Source of the DNA: a virus
Taxonomy: Duplodnaviria; Heunggongvirae; Uroviricota; Caudoviricetes
Length of the DNA: 11,300 bases
Virus record (IMG/VR): IMGVR_UViG_2778261544_000008
Strand: one strand, 5' to 3'
Under the pieces are notes generated by a model that had not been told where the DNA came from, made no database searches, and saw only the letters and a list, made by a program, of their open reading frames with translations. The translations under genes and the position numbers were made by a program. Of this stretch, positions 5,443-11,300 are shown piece by piece (the first letter of the stretch is position 1; each line of letters opens with the position of its first letter).

Positions 5443-8112
5443 TTAAGATCTCTCCTTGTAACTGAATATCCGGCATTTCAGCACTTCCGGCTCTCTGGCC
5501 TCGGCTACTCCTTTTCCGGCGTTTGCCTGTCTGGACACCTCACTACGAATGGTTTTGCGGCCTGTCAAAGGTCGGGAACGCCCGGCTCCGAGCAGCTCAA
5601 TCATTTCGCGATCTGTTCTGATCTCCACGCGGTGAATGGCGGCAGCCTGTGCCAGTTGCGGAATGCTGATAGCAATCCCTTCGCGGCATCCCTTGCCGTA
5701 GTGGTTTACGCCGTATTTTGTTATGCCGTCCAGGAAGTCGAACGCCTCCCAGAACTCCGTCACTTCCGGCAAGTCAGCCGCCGCCGCTTTAACCTGCGCT
5801 GTTGCCATTTGTTCCAGTTCCAGACATGTGGCATCAAGCCATTCATCCGGGATATCAATAACGCATTTCAGCGCCCTGACCAGCGCGATAAGTTGTGCGT
5901 GATTTTTGGCGATGCGGGGATGGCGAATATTTTCGCATCCGCAAAGGCGTTCCGTTTCAGCTGGCGACACTTCCAGGAACGTTTGCATAATCGCCCGTTC
6001 CTGACTTACCGCCCGGTGAATAAAACCCGATACCTTCTCGACGGGGTAGAGTTCCAGCCGTCTCGCCGCCAGTCGGGTATCTGGTGAATGGCGTTTTTTA
6101 TCGGTGTATATGCGTATCAGGCGCTCAATAATTGCCGGTGAGGCGTTTACCCGCGCATTCTGTGCAATCACGATAGCGCCCTTAAAATCCGGATCATAGG
6201 TGTTGTTATTGTTGGCCTTAACACCACGAACACCGATACCGCCGCCGTTATAGAGGCTTTTCAGGTTATCGAAATCAAACGCACCTCTTTTTTGCGCATT
6301 GTCTCCCCGGTCTGCTTCAATCAGAACAACAGGCAATCCGGCGACCTGTCCAAAGGTGCGCTTCCAGCCCGCTTCTGATCCTTTGGTTGGATCAACGCCT
6401 TCGTAGTTGTCACGACCGCACAGCCGCCAGCAAAAATCAATCAATGTTGATTTACCCGTTCCGGGTTCCCCAGTGACTTCAAGGAAAGGGAAGGATTCTT
6501 CTTTATCCCGGATTTGTTCACTGAACAGCGACCCCAGCCAGAAAGCCAGGGTAATAATTCCCTTTTCGCCAAAAGCCAGCCAGAGATCTTCTACCCATGA
6601 CGTTGTAAATTCATCCGTTTTTTTGTAGTTAATCTGTAATGTGGGTTTTTCGCTTAATGGTTTTGCGTTTATGCCATCAATTTCAAAATAATCTTCGTCA
6701 TTGATTTCATAAGTTTTACCCTTGTAAACAGCAATATCATTAAACAGCCATGCCCCAATGGCCTTGTTGTATCCGATAAAATCCTGACCAATAACCTCTT
6801 TTATTGCAGGAAGGTCATTTTTTATTAATGCGTCAAGCTGCGTAGTCGTTCCGGTATAAATGCCGCCTTTTGCTACGTGCAACAGACGTTTTTTAAATTC
6901 AGATGCGGATGTTAATTGCCCTGATGTAAAGGTGTTTTTCACCGTAGCACCATCCGGGAATGTAATGCGGAAGTAATACCATGCTTCATCCGTATCATTG
7001 TTTCGAATGTAATAAAGCGGCACTGGGTTACAGTTTGCGATTTCTTTTACAGCGCCGGATTCCTTGAGTGCAATTTTGCGCGCTTCATCTTCGTCAACAT
7101 TTCGCTCATTAATGACACGCTCAACAGCCTTCATATGGCGCTCAATATCCAGCTTGAACCAGAAAACACGGTTATCAAAGGGAAAATGAAATTCCTTTCG
7201 CTCACGAAAGGAAAACATTATTAGTGCCTTATCTCGTGGAGATTTCGCCAGCAATAAATCACCGTAATAACGGTATCTTTTCACATCATGGCCACGCAGC
7301 TTTCCGGCGACGTGTAAATCATTCCAGTCGCGTTTATTGTTGTTTTTCCCTGGTAACGCCGCTGCCGTTCTCCAGCCGTCTTCGGCGCTGCGTTCTGCAT
7401 GTTTTTTCGCGTAACGCTCACCTGCACGCCCGTTATCCAGCGCCCACACGATAACCGGACGGGGATTATCCCCGCACAGCTTCGCCAGCTCTTCCAGCGC
7501 CTTATCAGGGTAGTTCACGGCAGACATGACAGAAACGGCCGCAATGCCATTCTGGTTAAGACTGATGGCATCAAAGATACCCTCACAAATCCAGATTTCT
7601 TTGGCCTTGCTTAAATCTGCTCCTGGATAAGCCCACCACAGCCCCTTGTAGCTGCCGGAAAAATTCGCCTTGCGTCCGAAGCGTTCCGGGCGATCTATGA
7701 TTCGCTCCCACCACACACCGTCAGCCAGCGTAAAACGCACAGTAGCGGCCTGTTCGCCGCTTTCCTTGTCCTGGTATCGCTCCTGGGTAAATGCTCCCCT
7801 CAGTGGCTCCACAGCAATATTGCGTGCTTCCTGAAGATAAGCTGCCGCCGCTGCGTATGGTTCATCTTTCGTACTGATATAGCGATCTGACCATGATGAA
7901 AACACATCCGGGTAAAGTTCTTTAGTCAGCAGGTCTACACCGCATTTATTTTCACGCCCGCAGTGTACGATGTACGGCCTTTCAAGGCTGGTAAACAACT
8001 CTTTCTTTCCACATTGCGGACAAACACCATACCGGAGGTAGTTATTTTCTTCTTTAAAGTTGTAATCACGAATAAGACGGTTAATAATCTCTTTTCTGGT
8101 GTTATGTTTCAT
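5443..8112 (-). CDS. Primase-helicase, P4 alpha-like (zinc ribbon + TOPRIM primase + P-loop helicase)
   Basis: N-terminal zinc-binding CPQCGKK...HCGRENKC, a TOPRIM-like segment EIWICEGIFDAISL...WALDNGRAG, and Walker A VTGEPGTGKST with a downstream VVLIEAD. ATG at 8112 is preferred; an in-frame GTG at 8130 is possible. The stop is 2 nt before the int start. Confidence 0.9.
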   Translation of the reverse strand: MKHNTRKEIINRLIRDYNFKEENNYLRYGVCPQCGKKELFTSLERPYIVHCGRENKCGVDLLTKELYPDVFSSWSDRYISTKDEPYAAAAAYLQEARNIAVEPLRGAFTQERYQDKESGEQAATVRFTLADGVWWERIIDRPERFGRKANFSGSYKGLWWAYPGADLSKAKEIWICEGIFDAISLNQNGIAAVSVMSAVNYPDKALEELAKLCGDNPRPVIVWALDNGRAGERYAKKHAERSAEDGWRTAAALPGKNNNKRDWNDLHVAGKLRGHDVKRYRYYGDLLLAKSPRDKALIMFSFRERKEFHFPFDNRVFWFKLDIERHMKAVERVINERNVDEDEARKIALKESGAVKEIANCNPVPLYYIRNNDTDEAWYYFRITFPDGATVKNTFTSGQLTSASEFKKRLLHVAKGGIYTGTTTQLDALIKNDLPAIKEVIGQDFIGYNKAIGAWLFNDIAVYKGKTYEINDEDYFEIDGINAKPLSEKPTLQINYKKTDEFTTSWVEDLWLAFGEKGIITLAFWLGSLFSEQIRDKEESFPFLEVTGEPGTGKSTLIDFCWRLCGRDNYEGVDPTKGSEAGWKRTFGQVAGLPVVLIEADRGDNAQKRGAFDFDNLKSLYNGGGIGVRGVKANNNNTYDPDFKGAIVIAQNARVNASPAIIERLIRIYTDKKRHSPDTRLAARRLELYPVEKVSGFIHRAVSQERAIMQTFLEVSPAETERLCGCENIRHPRIAKNHAQLIALVRALKCVIDIPDEWLDATCLELEQMATAQVKAAAADLPEVTEFWEAFDFLDGITKYGVNHYGKGCREGIAISIPQLAQAAAIHRVEIRTDREMIELLGAGRSRPLTGRKTIRSEVSRQANAGKGVAEAREPEVLKCRIFSYKERS

Positions 8113-8124
8113 ATATAAATCCCC

Positions 8125-8149
8125 CCCCACTGCACCTTTTGCAGTGGGG
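8125..8149. promoter_or_regulatory. Perfect 9-bp stem-loop just upstream of the primase start; attenuator or terminator-like
   Basis: CCCCACTGC-acctttt-GCAGTGGGG. On the plus strand it is followed by TTTTTATTAATT; on the minus strand it precedes the primase SD. It lies in the 43-nt gap between the 101-aa ORF and the primase gene. Confidence 0.4.
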
Positions 8150-8155
8150 TTTTTA

Positions 8156-8461
8156 TTAATTACTCGTTACTTCTTGTTCCCGGGCAATCCCTGCTGCTTC
8201 AGCCTGACGCCATGAAAAAATGCCGCCAGAAAGATGCATACCTGATTTTATTGATTGTAATTCCCGATAAATAATATTAGACAGAGATGTAATATCTTTA
8301 TTGGTAATTTCTGCACCCGCTCCGCAGCTTCTTTCATCAAACATGATAGACATAATGTTGACGAGATTAATTACATCCGTGAGATCTTCTTTTGCATCCT
8401 CTGTAAAAAAACCAACATACTCTTTATGTAAAAGATTTGCGTAATTCTGATTTTCAGACAT
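8156..8461 (-). CDS. Hypothetical protein, 101 aa, AT-rich
   Basis: ORF with SD GGGGAG and 5-nt spacing. Most of the gene is visibly more AT-rich than the flanking genes. No recognisable motif. Confidence 0.5.
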   Translation of the reverse strand: MSENQNYANLLHKEYVGFFTEDAKEDLTDVINLVNIMSIMFDERSCGAGAEITNKDITSLSNIIYRELQSIKSGMHLSGGIFSWRQAEAAGIAREQEVTSN

Positions 8462-8528
8462 AAAAACTCCCCGACCCGTTAAGGTCGAAATATAAATTTA
8501 ATTCAGTTATAAGTTGGTAATTCGGTAA

Positions 8529-8747
8529 TCAGGCGGAAAGCTGCGTCACCTTCAACGCTTTGAAATGTGTCATTCCCAGCTCTTCCAGCCCTTCGGCTGC
8601 GCGGCGTATGGCTTCGCCCGGCCCCGTTCCGTATACCGTTGCGTGTGCATGTTTGGTTAACCCACGTTTATTAACGGCATAACCCAACACAAAGAAACGT
8701 TTTTCACCACTGCCATTATTTTTACGGGATATTGAACGGCTTTTCAT
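8529..8747 (-). CDS. Hypothetical small protein, 72 aa
   Basis: ORF whose ATG overlaps the upstream ORF's stop (ATGA-type coupling). Basic N-terminus. Part of a compact small-gene block upstream of the primase gene. Confidence 0.45.
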   Translation of the reverse strand: MKSRSISRKNNGSGEKRFFVLGYAVNKRGLTKHAHATVYGTGPGEAIRRAAEGLEELGMTHFKALKVTQLSA

Positions 8748-8932
8748 TTCTTCACCTTTACCACTGATGCTGTGAGTTCTTCTTCTGGCAATTGATATTT
8801 CGGCGCAATTTCTTCCGTATACCTGATAGCGTCCCTTGCCGCTTTTCCTTTTGATTTATATTTACGTATCGTGTGGAAGTTTTCTTCCTCTCCTGTTACC
8901 ACATTACGCAATTTAATATGAATATCGTACAT
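8744..8932 (-). CDS. Hypothetical small protein, 62 aa
   Basis: Start chosen at ATG 8932, preceded by a strong SD GGAGGGG. The upstream in-frame start at 8962 lacks an SD. Stop overlaps the next ORF. Confidence 0.5.
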   Translation of the reverse strand: MYDIHIKLRNVVTGEEENFHTIRKYKSKGKAARDAIRYTEEIAPKYQLPEEELTASVVKVKK

Positions 8933-8934
8933 CG

Positions 8935-9117
8935 TTACCCCTCCATGATTTTTACTGCGCATTTGTGGGTTAATCGCCCCTGTTTGTCATTGCGGGAATA
9001 TGCCATACGACAGGCATCACGCCATGCATCGTCATAAGTCGGATATTCCCAGGAATGAATCATCTGGCGAACGTCGCCGTTCTGGTAGTTAATCAGAGTG
9101 ATAAGGAGCTTAAACAT
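8935..9117 (-). CDS. Hypothetical small protein, 60 aa
   Basis: Start chosen at ATG 9117 with SD GGGAGG. It begins 5-8 nt inside the end of the Icd-like ORF. Confidence 0.45.
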   Translation of the reverse strand: MFKLLITLINYQNGDVRQMIHSWEYPTYDDAWRDACRMAYSRNDKQGRLTHKCAVKIMEG

Positions 9118-9283
9118 GGCACGCCTCCCGGACACGGATACGAGCAACAAAGACCAGACGGGATGCCGGAAGCATGGCGCGCGCTTCGCGCTCACTGGCA
9201 GCGGTAACGGTATGAAGGCGAATATTTTTACCGTGGCACTGCATAAAGCGCCAGATAAAATCAGGGCGTGTTGATATAGCCAT
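9110..9283 (-). CDS. Icd-like small protein (P4-type immunity-region ORF)
   Basis: 57-aa ORF starting at ATG 9283 with SD GAGGAG (MAISTRPDFIWRFMQCHGKNIRLHTVTAASEREARAMLP...). It resembles small proteins annotated as Icd-like in P4-type elements, by recollection only. The longer 175-aa frame upstream has no SD. Confidence 0.4.
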   Translation of the reverse strand: MAISTRPDFIWRFMQCHGKNIRLHTVTAASEREARAMLPASRLVFVARIRVREACHV

Positions 9284-9535
9284 TTTGGCGGCTCCTCTAA
9301 CTGATTTACGGAGTCTCGCCAGCACGCTGCTAAACATGGTGGCGGGACGTAACAGGGTTAGCAGACTGGCGTTAGAGAAACCAGCGAGCGCAAAGGCTCC
9401 CCCATTACGCCCCGCCATAATACGGGGTAGGGTGGAATTACGGGCACAAAAAAACCGCATTACGGAAATATAGCGGCTACCCGCTCTAACAATCAGGCTG
9501 CTAAACCCGGCACCTGTTTTATGAGGTGCGGGCAA

Positions 9536-9565
9536 ACGATACGCCATGACAAAAAAGCGAGTCAA
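9536..9565 (-). promoter_or_regulatory. Candidate sigma70 promoter for the minus-strand early operon
   Basis: On the minus strand: TTGACT (9565-9560), 18-nt spacer, TATCGT (9541-9536). It would start a long leader (~240 nt) before the first SD-equipped ORF at 9283. Confidence 0.3.
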
Positions 9566-9699
9566 GAAAAATTGCAAATTATTTTGGCGATATTGCGCTG
9601 ACTTATTGATTTTTAAGAGTAAAAAAGTCATTATCATTTCTGCCTATTGTTTCTTATTGTTGGTTTCAGGTGCATTAAATGCACATCCTTGACTGGTTG

Positions 9700-9731
9700 G
9701 CTCGCTAGTTTTAGCGAGCTTCTTTTTTTTT
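9700..9731 (+). terminator. Rho-independent terminator, plus-strand orientation
   Basis: Perfect 8-bp stem GCTCGCTA / TAGCGAGC with loop GTTT, followed by TTCTTTTTTTTT on the plus strand. No annotated plus-strand gene feeds into it. Confidence 0.55.
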
Positions 9732-9831
9732 GCTCTGCTGTCAGTACTTGGCCTCCTTTCCCCACATGTAGCAATACGTTCAGATCAGTAAGTTTTGCCA
9801 CCCAGTGATGGACGCAATAAACCACCAACGC

Positions 9832-10152
9832 TTATTCAACTCTGGCGCTACCGGATTCCCTCTCCCTTTTCTTTTTGGCGTTTTCGTATGGGTTATTCAC
9901 TTTGGCAATAACTGGCGGATTACGCAGCCACCACAAAACATCACTTAACAGCCAGGTACATGAGCAACGCCCCAAAGAGTGACGGGGAGGAAAAGCACCG
10001 ATCTTCTCCAGTTCCCAGCGCCGGGAGCGTGAAAGCGTGGTCATCTTTTTACACTTCTCTTCCCTGATGCGTTCTTCGCAGTCAAAACCATACTCGGCGA
10101 GTATGGTGCGGCGCTGTTCTGGAGTTGGTGGAATGAATGCGGATTGAGTCAT
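9832..10152 (-). CDS. alpA: AlpA/Vis-family DNA-binding regulator (excisionase-like HTH)
   Basis: 106-aa ORF with SD GGGGGA. The central segment LSRSRRWELEKIGAFPPRHSLGRCSCTWLLSDVLWWL fits the AlpA/Vis pattern (LSRST-YR...G-FP-...LG-R-V-W...V--W). Confidence 0.6.
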   Translation of the reverse strand: MTQSAFIPPTPEQRRTILAEYGFDCEERIREEKCKKMTTLSRSRRWELEKIGAFPPRHSLGRCSCTWLLSDVLWWLRNPPVIAKVNNPYENAKKKRERESGSARVE

Positions 10153-10247
10153 ATTTCCCCCTATGTTTCTGAACTTTCGGGGGAGATTTTTGTTTTACGG
10201 AGTTTTGAAAGCAAGTATTAAAGGTCTTATTAAGATGCTTGCTGGTC

Positions 10248-11300
10248 TTACTGAGATGATGCCTTAATCCATCTTGATATAGTACTTTTATCAAAGCGCA
10301 TATTGAGTCCTGCCTCTCTTGCTTCCGCGGTCAATATATCAGCAAGTTTTACCGGATTGTTTTCGAGTTCTTTATAATGAATAACAAGCATCGCACGAAA
10401 AAAATCCTTCATTGTTTTAGATAATCGTTCTATATTGTTTTTATTGGTGCATATATCTTTCTCCCCATCCTCAGAACTTAATATATTGTTACCCGCACGC
10501 AAATATAAAGTATCTGCCAATGGACTAACATAATCTTTTCTTAACTCGCTATTGGAGTTTGTAGCATTTTGTATTTTTAAAAAATCATTCTTTAAGATAT
10601 ATAAATCACCAATATCAAAAGAAACATCCTCAGTAACAATTACTCCTATATGTATATCAACGTCAGAAGCAATTATAATATTGCTATTAATTATTCGGTT
10701 GGCTTTAAACTTCTTATTAAAATCATAGTTGGCAAAAAAACTTCCCCCCAAAGCGAAAATGCCGCCTATTTCAACAAAATACTTATGGTATTTTTCTTGA
10801 ATACCTTTAAATACTGGTGGTACAACTGCCACACCTCTTTCATCCGTTGCTATTCGATATACACTATATATGTGATAATTTTCCCCATAATATAACCCCC
10901 TGTTATAATAATTTAACAAAGCAAATGCAGTATCAATTGCTATGTCACCAAATTTGGGCGCTACATATGAATGGCTTAGAGATTCACACATTGAATCAAA
11001 TATAATTCTCGACTTGTTTTTTATATAATTAAAACCATGGTGTTCTGCCGCCCTTTCTGAAATGGCATCAAGGTCAGATAACCGTGATTTACATGGTTCT
11101 GAATCCATAAACTTACGCAGACAATCGAAATTAACCACATCTTTTTCATCTGGGATATTTAATACTCCATATGCAGATTCAATTTTTATACAAATACGAA
11201 TGCAGCCTGTCACAGCCCAATGAATAAGATCATCAATATCGCAGTCTAATAACTTTGCCGCGCGCTCAATAGGATAGTAATCTCTTAGTGGTAACGTCAT
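10248..11300 (-). CDS. Hypothetical protein, 350 aa, strongly AT-rich cargo gene with HTH-like termini
   Basis: Uninterrupted 1053-nt ORF whose ATG is the last three bases of the window. Composition is far more AT-rich than the neighbouring alpA and primase genes. The N-terminus (IERAAKLLDCDIDDLIHWAVTG) and C-terminus (LADILTAEAREAGLNMRFDKSTISRWIK) look HTH-like. The central domain is unrecognised. Confidence 0.65.
   Translation of the reverse strand: MTLPLRDYYPIERAAKLLDCDIDDLIHWAVTGCIRICIKIESAYGVLNIPDEKDVVNFDCLRKFMDSEPCKSRLSDLDAISERAAEHHGFNYIKNKSRIIFDSMCESLSHSYVAPKFGDIAIDTAFALLNYYNRGLYYGENYHIYSVYRIATDERGVAVVPPVFKGIQEKYHKYFVEIGGIFALGGSFFANYDFNKKFKANRIINSNIIIASDVDIHIGVIVTEDVSFDIGDLYILKNDFLKIQNATNSNSELRKDYVSPLADTLYLRAGNNILSSEDGEKDICTNKNNIERLSKTMKDFFRAMLVIHYKELENNPVKLADILTAEAREAGLNMRFDKSTISRWIKASSQ

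Noticed and set aside
5632-7614. Several plus-strand ORFs of 71-151 aa inside the primase gene
   Set aside because: All are antisense to a long, motif-rich primase-helicase ORF. This is typical shadow-ORF behaviour.
9548-9637. N-terminal part of the 175-aa ORF (Ash-like annotation)
   Set aside because: No SD at either upstream start, and the internal ATG at 9547 falls inside a candidate promoter spacer. Only the C-terminal Icd-like portion with a good SD was annotated as a CDS.
9634-9828. 64-aa minus-strand ORF between alpA and the leader
   Set aside because: Overlaps the plus-strand terminator hairpin and the palindrome, and has no SD.

Overview
The window looks like the interior of a phage-satellite or defective-prophage type mobile element from an enterobacterial-like genome. 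Nearly all genes run on the minus strand. From high to low coordinates: an AT-rich 350-aa cargo gene of unknown function, an AlpA/Vis-family regulator, a long leader with an Icd-like small ORF, four tightly packed small ORFs, a P4 alpha-type primase-helicase, and a P2-type tyrosine integrase only 2 nt downstream. Below that lies about 1.2 kb of non-coding DNA with a dense iteron array (putative origin), an Ogr/Delta zinc-finger activator gene, a divergent small ribbon-helix-helix (RHH)-like gene, and a helical scaffold-like gene followed by a P2 gpN-like major capsid gene. A MazE/MazF-like toxin-antitoxin pair on the plus strand sits at the left edge. The most interesting points are that a satellite-type replication/integration module is linked to its own capsid gene pair, that a palindromic GTA(A/T)TAC motif occurs nine times around that pair and nowhere else, and that two AT-rich genes of unknown function look like acquired cargo. 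All protein family calls rest on reading the translations against remembered family sequences and motifs; no database search was possible.
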